DNA of 64,000 bases from Azolla caroliniana (Eukaryota > Plantae > Polypodiophyta), in assembly GCA_043228905.1 (NCBI GenBank), contig JBHGNT010000004.1:6386001-6450000 (forward strand), read 5' to 3'. The notes under the pieces are model-generated. The model was not told the origin of the DNA. It was given only the letters and a program-made list of their open reading frames with translations, and searched no databases. Numbering within the stretch: the first letter of the stretch is position 1; each line of letters begins with the position of its first letter. Position numbers and translations under genes: made by a program. Shown here piece after piece: positions 49,553-61,052 of this stretch.

Positions 49553-52500
49553 GTGTGTGTGTGTGTGTGTAAACGGACTGATACAAAGAAGAGAACAATT
49601 CACACAATGCCAGGCCCCAGGTGATGTGGTGCTAGACTTGAAGCAGCTAAGCTTTCCCACTCTGCGCTTGGGTGCTGGACTCAGACAGGTCGGTGCATCT
49701 TCTTTTTCTTTTGCCAAAAATGTTTGTTTAAAGTATCTACTTTTAATGCAGTAACACATACACATGCAATCTACACTTACATTCATACAGCAGGAAGCAT
49801 GAAATCAATCGTATCCTTCTTCTTCCCTTCGCAAAGTTTTTGTTTGTTTCTTCAAGTCTCTTCTTATCATATGAACAAAACAGAAAACACGAAAATTTCG
49901 GCTTCAGGGATATTGCAAAAATTTCGTTCTTTTCCAAAAAATTAAATTACCTTCTTGTCTAGGTCTTTGTGGTAAATATGAACCTTGCGTCGAATGCATA
50001 TAAGATTTAACATAATCTACTTTTGTGTAGAACAACATATAAACTTATTTGAGCGTGAGAAGATAGATAGATAGATAGATTCTATTATCGTCTTCACGTG
50101 ATACGTGTGAAAGTGAGTAGCGACTCTCGATATTCAAGAACTTTACTAATGAATGCTACAATCGAGAGTGTACGTTGTGTTTGTGAGAGAAATTCGTGCA
50201 AGGATTGGGCTCGGGTGAAGATATGTGGAAAGCATGGTCGAATATGATCAAAGGCAGAGCATTGTATCAAAGTGTGATACTCAGACTCTTAAACTTGTTT
50301 AGAGAGAGAATGAGAGGAAAAATGAGAGGAACACAGCTTGAGGGGTTAACTCTTCATTACTGTTTCATTTCATGCCCCATGGGTGGGGTTTATATAGTAC
50401 ATAATGTGACCGTTACAACCAAGATTGTACAAAGAGACAAGTAAGGTAGTTACACCACTTACCCACTCTCTCTCATATTTGTACACATGCACACAAATGT
50501 GCATGTGTTCATACTGTTATACTCACACTCGTACTCGAATATATTACACATACACAACAACCACTCTATCGTCTTTCACCCTTAACCCTCCCCGTACATC
50601 TCTTACGGGTGACATAAACATCTAAATATATGAATCTCATAACAAAATACAAAGAATAAGGAAACTTTAAAGTAAGGTTGTATATTAAAACAAGTGTTTA
50701 TATTGCGAATGATCATCTCACTAATTGCTGCTTAGCTAGCCTGATTTATTTTACTTAAGAAATGCTATTTTTTTTCTCCACTGCTTTTGTTTACAAGGTT
50801 GATTGATTTTTGTTTGTCAGGATCAAGATCATATACTAGTCACAAAGGCAGGAAGGTTAAAATTTACAAAGCCAAACAAGTTATGGGTTGAAGGGTCTCA
50901 AAAGCGTGTACGATTTTATTCATGTAGTTTTTTGCTTTTATTAAACTTGTATTTAAGCTTGGTATCCATTGTGTAAAGCAGCCAAAATTTTCAGTTCAAA
51001 GGTGCTGATGAATTAAGATTATTAACACATTAATAATTGTCACCATTTTGTTTCAAGGGGCCTAGGCCTTGCGAGGAAAGTGATGTATGGGCTTTGGGTA
51101 TTTTTCCTTGCTTAATAATCTTTGGAATCGTCCCGGTGCAGTATATACCATATGGAGAAGATATTGTTATTGGCATTGTGGTGGATAGACGCTCTGAGGT
51201 AAAGCAACAAAATTTTATGGAAGGCTATTCTTTATCTAAAAAATAAAATGTTTGCACCTCAAATTAATGGAGAAGTTGATGTTTTATGATTTTTTACACC
51301 AGTGTTTTATAGTTGATATTGGAGCTCCAACATTGGCATCTCTTTCTATATTTGCTTTTGAAGGTGCAACCAGACGGAATGTTCCAAACCTTCAGGCAGG
51401 TATTGTTTCTGGTTTTTTCTTTGAGTTATTGTGCACTGTCAAACAACATCCTAGAATTCAAATTCATGGTGCTGATTTTTTCTGTAAATTTGCCTCTCGA
51501 GATTTCTCAAGTTGTGTGTTGGTTTTTATCTAACATTTTCAACAAATGCAAGAATTTTATGCTATGGTTTTGAAGTTTGTTTGAGGTTTTTAAAATTGAA
51601 TGTGGAAAAATCAGGTTGTTTCTCGATGATGAAGGCAGATCCTGTTCATGGTTTGAAGATACAAAATCATGCAAGTTATGCTAGCATCGTGTGTATTTTG
51701 CTGAGTCAATTTTTTCTTAGATGACAATGGTGTTGCTTCAGTTGACTCCAATTCTTTCTTGAAAATATCATATTAGATATTCTGACAGCGGATATTTATA
51801 CCATTTCACTTTTATTCAGCAGAAAGAAATTCTAATTCCAGTTTATATCTGTATTCTTTCTTCACATATCTCCTCTTTACACTTTGCATCCTAACTCTTT
51901 CTTCACATACAGGGTCCTGGAATCTAAATTATTTAGATATTCTAGATTCACATTTAATGCTATGCATATGAAGTAGCTATACTTGTTGCGGCTTCTCATT
52001 AGATTGTAGGTGTCTACGAAACATATTTTTAGATTGAAAGCTTCTTTCATCTCTACATCTCTTCTGATTGCACTTAACTTTTATGCCCAGATTGTGTTGG
52101 TTATATAATGGTGTATTTTAAAATGTCATGCTTTTTACAACTGATTGCAATAGGGATAGGCCACTTTTTGGCTTCAATGTTTTCCAGGTTTGTATGTGCA
52201 AAGTTGGGGCATTGACGAATTTTGTTATATCATCATTTTTTGTCTTCTTATTTGGCTTCAGTTTCTATGACTATGCAGGTTCAGTATTGTACATGCGTGT
52301 TTTGAAAGCACTCCGAGACATTACTCCTGAAGTCTCATGTGTTGATGGTATGTGATCATGAACTGCATGTGAAAAGGAAGTTATAATTAGGTTTAGTTTT
52401 CTGGATGGTTGTCATTATCAATTGGCTTCTAAAGCTTTTATGATAAGCAGCTATAACTACTAGCATCTTGCTTCATCACGATCAACTTAACCCCATAATC

Positions 52501-53557
52501 TGTTCACACCCACTACCGTCATCCACTTCATGCATATTATTATGGCTCAATTTAGAATAGATAGATATGCACATCTTACCTGTACATCGATATCATATAG
52601 TAGCTCCACACACAGCCACGGCATAAAGAGCATCTCCATGACTTCTTATCACTCGAACCATCATTTTACCCAGCCCTTCAGCTTTCTGTGAATATAATTT
52701 CTCATTATCTTCCATTTTGTCTCTCTCATACTGTTCTTTTCTCTTATCAACTTAATGCACGAATCTATGAATATAACTTCTCATTACCTTCCATTTTGTC
52801 TCTCTCATACTGTTCTTTTCTCTTATCAACTTAGTGCACAAATAACATGTATATGAAATTCAATGTTTGTCCGCTTCTGTGTCTAAAGATTCTCTTTTAC
52901 AAATGCATGAGGCTTGACACAACTAAATAACATTTACTTTTACCCCCTGGATGTCTTGGTGTTTTTGTTGTATGTTTTCATCTCACTTTTATGATCCCTT
53001 TTGCTTCTTTCAGCAACTGGTAAAGCATCAGGTTTCGGTCAGCTGAAGGATGGATTAGTGTTTCAATGCTCAACAGGACTTGCACGAGCGTAAGTTTTTA
53101 ACACTGTTTGAATTCAATCAATGTTTGTGAAAGCTCCAACTTGTTCAGATGTAATCTCTCAATCGATCCTCAAGAGGTCATTTCTTTTCTTGTTCAGATA
53201 GGCATTAATAATGTCGTTCTTTTCTTTCTTTTTGCCTTGTCTATTAATAGACTCTTGAGCAGGCCAACATGTCCAGTGCTTGAAGCACTTGGGAAAGGCT
53301 TATCATTTGAGATAGCTGTTGGACTGAATGGAAGAGTTTGGGTATGTTAAAATTAGATGCTTTTGATTTGCATAGATGTTAGTTATACAAGTAGATCCTG
53401 TATGTTGATAATATATATCTCCTTTTTCTTACTTCAGGTGAATTCAGCCTCTGTATCCACAGTTATTCTTGTTTCGAATGCAATTCAGAATGCAGAACAT
53501 CTAAGTGCAGCACAACAGAAGTTGATGGTTCAAAAGCTACTACAAAGAGTTCAGTGA
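49323..53557 (+). CDS. RRP40: Exosome complex component RRP40 (S1/KH), 9 exons: 49323-49409, 49614-49688, 50821-50907, 51142-51198, 51303-51399, 52279-52347, 53014-53089, 53251-53341, 53438-53557
   Basis: All introns are GT-AG. Spliced protein has PGDVVLDL..LRLGAGLRQ, KAGRL, SQKRYIP, VDIG...AFEGATRRN.P, FEIAVGLNGRVWV. Confidence 0.92.
49416..49570. repeat. Compound microsatellite (CT)n/(AT)n/(GT)n in RRP40 intron 1
   Basis: Directly visible in the sequence. Confidence 0.95.
52685..52839. repeat. Two-copy 79-bp tandem duplication in RRP40 intron 6
   Basis: gaatataaYttctcattaYcttccattttgtctctctcatactgttcttttctcttatcaacttaRtgcac occurs twice. Confidence 0.9.
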
Positions 53558-54077
53558 ACAATAAGTAATGTGTGTTGGTTTGGAACTAGATCTGAAAGCC
53601 TTTTCCATGCAATTATTAGTTATAACTAGTTGAGTACACTGGTTAAACTACAAAAGTCTTAACGAAAATGCTTTTTATTGATGTGTTTTGTTTTGGACTG
53701 TTAACTTGTAACTAGTAGAGGATCCTTGGGAGATATAGATCGGATACGACTGTTAAATATCGAACATTTCAAAACCTCATATAAGAAAATTATCTAGGTA
53801 TAATTGACAATTTGATATATATATATATGTATCTATCCTTCGAAAACCTTCTGAATCTTGATAAAGCTAAAATTGTATTATTCATTAATCCTCAAGAAAT
53901 TTCTGGTGGTATGTATGCTTTGTAAATTGTCGTTATAGTCTTGACCACAAAACCTGTGCACAAATCCTTTTATTTCCAATTAGTGTGAAGATACTTTTGC
54001 AATAGTGGAGCAAAATCCTGTAGGCAAGGAAAAGCTTGGGGGATGAAATATTTGACTATTTATTATCACAGAACAAA

Positions 54078-54222
54078 TTTATGCTTTGGAATAAACTTAC
54101 TACTCAGAGACCTTGTCAAGCTACTCACTTTTTAAAGTTCACATAATATTTATGTTTTGGATTAAAACTTACTGCTCAGAGAAGTTGTCAGACTACTTGC
54201 TTTTTAAAGTTCACACATAATA
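54078..54222. repeat. Two-copy ~71-bp diverged tandem duplication between the convergent genes
   Basis: tttatgYtttgga..aaacttact.ctcagaga..ttgtca..ctact..ctttttaaagttcaca occurs twice. Confidence 0.85.
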
Positions 54223-55165
54223 CTTGTGTACCTTAACCAATTAAAGGAAAATTTTAAGATTCCTATTTAGAATTTTGTTAATTATTTTTATGTATTTGTA
54301 ATATTACTGCTTGATATGTAGTAGGGCAGGCAAGTCAATGACATAAATAGAAGAATGACGTGATTTTTTAGTGTTAAACAATGTACACAATTTACATAAA
54401 AGAGCAAAGCATATACACATTAGCCATGCTCGGTAACATTTCAAACTCAGTAGTCTAGGAACAGCTATGAATACAATATAGTTAACAAGGTTGGACTAGT
54501 ACAATACAGTTGACAAGGCTCAATGTGTCGGATACAATCTAATATAATCCACAATCCTTAGGTAATATCCAATCCTGAAATGTATTGGATGTCATTCATA
54601 TATTCCAATTAATAGGTATTATCCAAATACATATATATCAAATTCTGAAATGCATTAAACATTATCCCATAATCAAACACTTCAGTTTTTTTAGGCACCA
54701 TTACACAATCATATGGGGCTTTCTTACCTCTATTTATCTTGATGTTTGACTCAGTCAAGGCTTCACATCTTTCTGCCATGGCATACTATACTCGAGCATG
54801 TCAAATACTATCCAACATAAACCACTAGTTGGCTGTATTACATATCACTATCTTGTATCCTCTGTTTCCAACACTACATTGCCTTTTTTCCATGAAAAAC
54901 AGATATAGCCAATGATCGTCAATGGTGCAGATATTATATAGACAATACAAAAAAACTATTGCTTTCATAGCCAGTAAGACATAGATATACAAATAGATAA
55001 TGGATGATGATTTAGTGCTCCAAGAGCCTCCAATATGATGGAAAGACTACATATTACTGCTGTCCATAGCAAAAATACGAAAAGAGAAGCTTGTATGGAT
55101 TTTAAAAAGTGCAAAAATAAGGAGATGTTAACTCATCTTACTTCTTATACCTTTACTGGAGAGAA

Positions 55166-58100
55166 CTATAAGTAGATTTTTCTTGCAAGCCAGAATCCAG
55201 TTGTAAGTGATACCATAGCTAAGAGAACATGGAAAAGGAACTGGTTCGAGTTTTGAGTTGCAACATGGGTCGGCTTCCCATTATCACCCTTTGTCTTTGA
55301 AGCCACATCACTTATTTCTGCTTCCCAACTGACCCCTTTTTTCTTCCTCTGCCTAACCTTGCCTGGGCTTTGGTGCTGCAAGTCTACATCTATCTCTCTT
55401 GACTTCATAGTTCCCGAAGATTGATGATCCACAACTTCTGACTTCTCACTCTTTGCTTCCTGCGTAAATTTGTTACAAATTTAGCACTTAATGTAACTGA
55501 CGTTATATTAATCATTTGGACAGTCTAATGTTAACTGAATGTAACACCAGTTTTCTTTAGAGCAGTAAGATTCTGAAATTAAAGAATATTATTTGAGTTG
55601 TCAAAGTCGTCTATGTTTTTACCAGTTCTTTGTATTGTATTTCCTGCTCACTGTAAGCTTTCTGGACCTTAGAGATCTCTAGCTTTGTATCTGTCAGCTG
55701 TTTCTCTGCTTTCTCAAGCTTGTTCACATATTGCAATGAGGTGGCTAGTAATTGCTCAACTTGAGCCTAACAAAACAAAAATCCAAAGGCGAATTGAATA
55801 TCTCATAATAATTTAAGGGTACCATCAATGTATACATACTTCCTTTGTGATGGCATTACCTTGTGCTCATCAGTGCTTATAGAGTCCTTTACTTTTTGCT
55901 CCAACTCTTCAACATACTTTTGTTGTTTGCAAAGAGCTCCCTCCAGTTGGAGCTTGAGATCTGCAGTTTCAGCAGCTAAGGAAGCCTCCTTCGATAAGCT
56001 TTGTTGCAGTTGTTTAACCGATGCATCCATCTCCTCAAGTGTAGTTTGTAACTCCTTTTCTTTCTTTTCCAACTCCTCTGTTAAACCATCTTTTTCTTGC
56101 GTAAGTGTTCTGATCTGATCAAACAGAAAAAGGTGTTAAGACATGGGACATAGTTTAGGGAAGAAATGAAGATCAGCCAACTTTCATCAAGAATGAATTT
56201 CCTGATAGCAACCAAGGAATAAATTCCACCTCATTTCAGGGAGGGTTTGTTTAAAGAAAAATTTCAAGTGAGTTTTTAATGCAAGTGCAGAGAACCTGCG
56301 ACTGCAGCAAGTTGTGCTGTTCACTAAGCTTTTCGTTTAGCTCCACAAACTGTTTCCGTGACTTCTCAAGCTGATCTACATTACTATCTTTTTCACTCTG
56401 AAGTTGGAATAGTTGCTCTGCTAACATGCGGTTCAACGATTGCTGAGACAAAATCTCTTCCTTTAGTTTTTCTTCGTTGTCGGCAGCCATTTGTAGGTCT
56501 ATTTTTAATTTCTCAACTGAAGGTTCAAGCACGGTGATCCTTGATTTAGCCTCAGTAACATCTGCCTCGAGGCTTGAAATGTGTGCTTCTAATTTCATTA
56601 TTTTCTCTTCAAGCAATGTTTTCTCCTTGATAAGTTGTTTTTCATCTTCCTCCTTTTGCCTCAAGCTTACGCCAGACTCTTTTAATTCAGAGATCTTTGC
56701 AGAGATCTCCTCGGCCAAACACTCACGCTCATCAGATAGAGCATGAGCTTTCTTTTCCATAACTAAATATTTATCCTCAACTTCCTTCAATTTGGTCTCC
56801 ATATCGACATTGTGGGTTTGTGAATCTTGTAGATCGGATTTGTACTTCTCTATGGATGATTCAAGAGTAGCAACCATTGAATTAACTTCCACAACAGTTG
56901 CTTCAAGTTTCCTTACCTGTGCTTCCAATTTTACAATGTTAATTTCTAAGAGGTCTTTTTCCTCTCTAACACGATTCTCCTTATCCACAGCACACTTCAA
57001 ATTATTCTCAAAGGCTGCTATGGATGATTCCAGCTCATTGATTTTATTCGTCGCAGCCTCTACTTGAATTTGCCTCTGTGCATCTAAATTAGTTGTGTTT
57101 GATTCAAGCTTTGCTATCTTTTCTTCCAGGAGAATTTTTTCCTCAACAAGAGTCTGTTCTCTTTCCAATGTTACCTTTAGCTCATTCTCCATATTCGCAG
57201 CAGATAGCTCAAGCTCTTTGATTCTTTTAACTGCAACATCTATCTTAGTTTGACTTTCAGTCAACAAATTTTCTGTGCATTTTAGACTTTCCAAGAGTTC
57301 TTCCTCTTTTTTCCTTGCACCTGCACAAACTGTCTCTAGATCTATAGCTTTTGCAGCAGAGGCTTTTCCAGATTTCTCTAGCTCAGCTACATAAGTTTGT
57401 ACCTCTTTTAAGACATTCTCAAGTGTGAGAATGGTCTCTTGAGCTTCATTGAGCTTTGTTTGTAGTTCAGCATTTTCATTTCTTGTGCCTACCAATGTAG
57501 CTTCCAATGTTGCAATTTTAGTTACTGAATCATCAGCTATAGCTTTATGTTCAATGATGAGATTCTCCAATTCCATATTCCTGGCCTTTGAACCTTGCAC
57601 ATTGTTCTCATATTGTGAATATTTTTCGTCTTGGTCTCGTAGTCTTTCTTCAAGTTGAAACTTCTCATTTTCAAGACCCTTCATTTCAACCTCTAAATCA
57701 TTCACTTTCTGCTTTAAATTTTCAGCCTCATGTTGAACTATGGCGAATGACTCCTGGAGCTCTTCTGCCTTCTTTTCCCAGCTCAGCTTCTCATGAAGTT
57801 CAAGTTCTATCTTTTGCTTGGCTTCTTCAAGGCATTTTATTTGTGTTTTTTCACTAGCTTTCAATTCAGTTAACTGCAACTGCAAAAACTCCACAGATTC
57901 TTCACGCACCTTCAGTTTTTCCTCAGTGATCGTCAATACATTTTCTAGTTCTAAAACACGTTGATTAGCTTTATCAGCTCTCCCGTCAGATTCTCTGAGA
58001 CAGTCTTCCAGATTGCTTAGTGCTTCTTCTCTAATTGTTAGCTTCCCTTGTAGCTCTGAAGCCCCTTTTTCAAGTTTAACTTTGTTCTCCAACACAGTTT

Positions 58101-59664
58101 CCAGCTCATTTTCTAGCTCACTAACCTTCTTCCTTGCTGTTTCACCATCTAATTTAGAAGTAGCTAAAAAGTCTTGCAACTCAATAATTTTTTGATTCAA
58201 TTCAGACATAGACTTGTAAACATTCTCATACTTCTCTTCTGATGCCACAAGTTGCTCCTGATACTTGATATCAAGCTGCTTTGCATTATCTTCAGCTTTT
58301 TGTTGAAGTTCCACAGATTTTGATCTCAAGTTATCTAGTTCTTTATGGAGATCAGCAATAGTCTCATCCCTGGTCATCAAAGTAAGTTCAGACTTTTTTA
58401 GCATATCTTCCAAACTGCTGAGTTGTGTTTTCAGCTCTTCTTCTTTGGTGTTTATTCTCAACTCTAGTTCTTTAGTTCGGTCTTTCTCATCAGAATTTTC
58501 CTTCTCAAGTTGGACGAGTTTCAATTTTGCTTGGTCAAATTCTTCCTGAACTTTGGCCATATGAACCTTTGTCTCTTCCAAAATATTTGCTACTCGAACT
58601 CCCTCAAGAACCTGATCTTTCATTTCGTCAAGTTCATCTTGCAAGGCTTTCACTCTCTCAAGCACCTCATAATGTTTAGATTCTGCGGCCTCTGCATCAC
58701 CTTTGAATTTGTTACATTCTTCCAAATATTTGTTAGCAATAGTTACCTGATTCTTCAATTCTTTCTGGTATTCTTCAGCTTCATTGGAAGCAGCAGACAA
58801 AGAGGTTTCCAATGCCTTGACCTTTCCTTGAACAGATTCTAACTCTATCTTTGCATCATTAAGAGACTTCATAATAGTTTGTTCTTCATCACCCCTTCTA
58901 GATAACTCTTCTTGATGAGCTTTTACCAGTGCCGAAAGGCTTTCCTCAGCTTCTCTTATTTTATTATCTGCATTGGAAAGATGTTGATCTAGCATTGTCA
59001 CTTTCTCTTTCAAATTCTCACAATCTTCCTTCGTCTTCTGCAATTCAATCTTTGCATTTGTTGCTTCATCTTTAAAAATAGCGAGCTCTACAGCAAGTTG
59101 AGAAGCTTCACTTTCTAAAGCTTTGAGTTTCTCTTGATCAACAGACGCACCTTCTAGCTCAGATTTAGACTTCTGCAATTCATGGCGGAGATGGGTGATC
59201 TCTTCAAGGGATTCTTTTTTACAATTTTCCATTGCATCCTTTGTTATGTGTATTTCCTCCTCCAAGATTTTGAGTTTCTTGTGTGCGTCACTTGAGGGAA
59301 AGTCTTTATTGCCATTATCAATGTTTACATGACCATTTTCTTTCATTGGTGGAAGATCGGCCTGGAATTTTTCTGGGTGCTTTAATTCCGTATTTGGCAT
59401 CTGTGTAGACCAAATATGTGAAGTTAATATAAACCCCATATGTTCAAAACAAAATCAGAGGAAGGAACATGCTTCCAATCAATGGGTAAAAGAAATTTTT
59501 TAACAAACGCATGCTTCTAAGGAATATGTTTAGGCGAAACGCTGATAAAGACACACTGCACGCTAATCACTGAAGACACGCAAAGTTCTCAGAAACAATA
59601 CCTCATCAGCTTCTTTAGCCACACGATCTACGCTTCCAGCTGTTACTTCATTCTCTGAATCCAT
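55166..59664 (-). CDS. Long coiled-coil protein with a C-terminal transmembrane anchor, PICC/PICL-like, ~1286 aa; exons 59664-59602, 59400-56296, 56114-55860, 55766-55623, 55459-55166
   Basis: All phase-0 GT-AG introns and a 1035-codon E/K/L-rich exon. C-terminus KSREID...SP...RKKK...FLFHVLLAMVSLTTGFWLARKIYL resembles the Arabidopsis PICC tail (recalled). Confidence 0.82.
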
Positions 59665-59899
59665 GATAGATATCCTGATAAATATTCCAAGTCAGTGTTT
59701 CGCAGGTTCTCTTACAACAATTTTCTTCTATTATCTTGACAAGAAATTTGAAGGATGAGAAATGAACAGCCCATTCTTGCATATGAGCAGAAGGTGACTA
59801 CCTCTGTAGAAATGATTGTGTAAATGTCCCTAAGATGCGGTATTTATAAGTAGATCTATAATATTTTATTTTACTAAAAATAGTTTTTTTCCCTTTTGG

Positions 59900-60600
59900 A
59901 GAGACTCGCAAAGATGTTGACATATTTTTTTCAGGCGATCGCTTGAGCTCTGAAGCCCAAGAATGAGACAATAATGGTAATGAGAGCAGACAAAACGCAG
60001 TGGAGGAAAGATAATAAAAAAAACAGAATGACGGAATTCCTTTTTCAGAAACGCTTAAGGATGGCAGTGTACTCCCTTTCAGATGATCGTTTGATCTCTG
60101 AAGCTCAAGGATGATATGAGATAGTTATGGTAATCCGATCAGAAAAAATACGGTAAAGGAAATATCACAAAAAAAAAGCACGGCTGTTGAATCTTTTTCG
60201 GAGAAACTCGCAAGGATGACGATCTACTCTGTCACATGATCGCTTGAGCTCTGAAGCTCAAGAATGAGACAGGCACGGTAATCAGAGCAGAACATATACG
60301 ATAATGAGAAGATCGCAAAAATAGAACGGCTGTTTTTCTTTCAGAGAAACTCGTAAGAATGATGATCGATTGGGCTATGAAGCTCGATAATGAAAAGTGA
60401 TGGTAATCGGAGGCGACAAACATGTAGTGATAGCAAAGATCACAAAAACCAGAACGGAAATACTTCCATTTAGATGGATTCACGAAGATGATGATATACT
60501 CATTCAGGTGATCGCGTGAGCTCTGAAGCTCGAGGATGAGAACGCGATGGTGATCAGAGCAGGCAAACATATGGTAAAAAGCAAAGATCGCAAAAACCAG
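59900..60600. repeat. Degenerate ~145-bp tandem array, 5 units, in the probable 5'-UTR intron of the coiled-coil gene
   Basis: Core gatcg..tgagctctgaagctc.ag.atga at ~59937, 60085, 60238, 60365 and 60510. Confidence 0.8.
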
Positions 60601-60720
60601 GGCCGACCAACCACGCGATGAACAAGAAAAACGAAAAAAACAAAAACACACATAGAAACTAAGGAGAAAGAAGAGAGACCAGTATAGATTAACAGCGCAA
60701 CCACCTCATCGCGCGCACAT

Positions 60721-61014
60721 AGAGAAAGGAAGGAAGGAAGGAAGGAAAGAATAGAGAGAGGAGGAGGAGGAGGAGGAAGAAGAAGAGGAGTAGAGATCAG
60801 ATCAGTGAAGGCACCGATTGTTAGTAGAATTGATTAGAGAATGTGTTAAGAGGGGGGGGGAGGAGGGAGGCAAGACATACCTGGTGCAGGAGGGAAGGCG
60901 ATGGCGATGGCGATGGCGATGGCGATGGCGAAAGGAGAAGGAAGCGCAGAGAGAGAGAGATTATAAGCCTTCGTTTACGGTAGTAGTAGTAGTAGTAGTA
61001 ATAGCAGACTGCAG

Positions 61015-61050
<36 letters not shown>
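60721..61050. repeat. Microsatellite cluster (GGAA, GAG, GAA, GGCGAT, GTA, AG) around the probable first non-coding exon
   Basis: Directly visible. A minus-strand splice donor CAG|GTATG lies at plus 60876-60883. Confidence 0.85.

Positions 61051-61052
<2 letters not shown>

Noticed and set aside
49203-49786. 183-aa and neighbouring ORFs with SLSL/YIYI/VCVC runs
   Set aside because: They are read-through of the microsatellite intron between RRP40 exons 1 and 2.
50020-50620. Possible solo LTR in RRP40 intron 2 (reverse TATA box, AG run)
   Set aside because: I could not find TG..CA ends with a matching TSD or a second copy in the window.
51396-51401. Possible GC-AG intron in RRP40 (CAG|gcaggt)
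   Set aside because: The GT donor at 51400 gives the correct phase with the acceptor at 52278.
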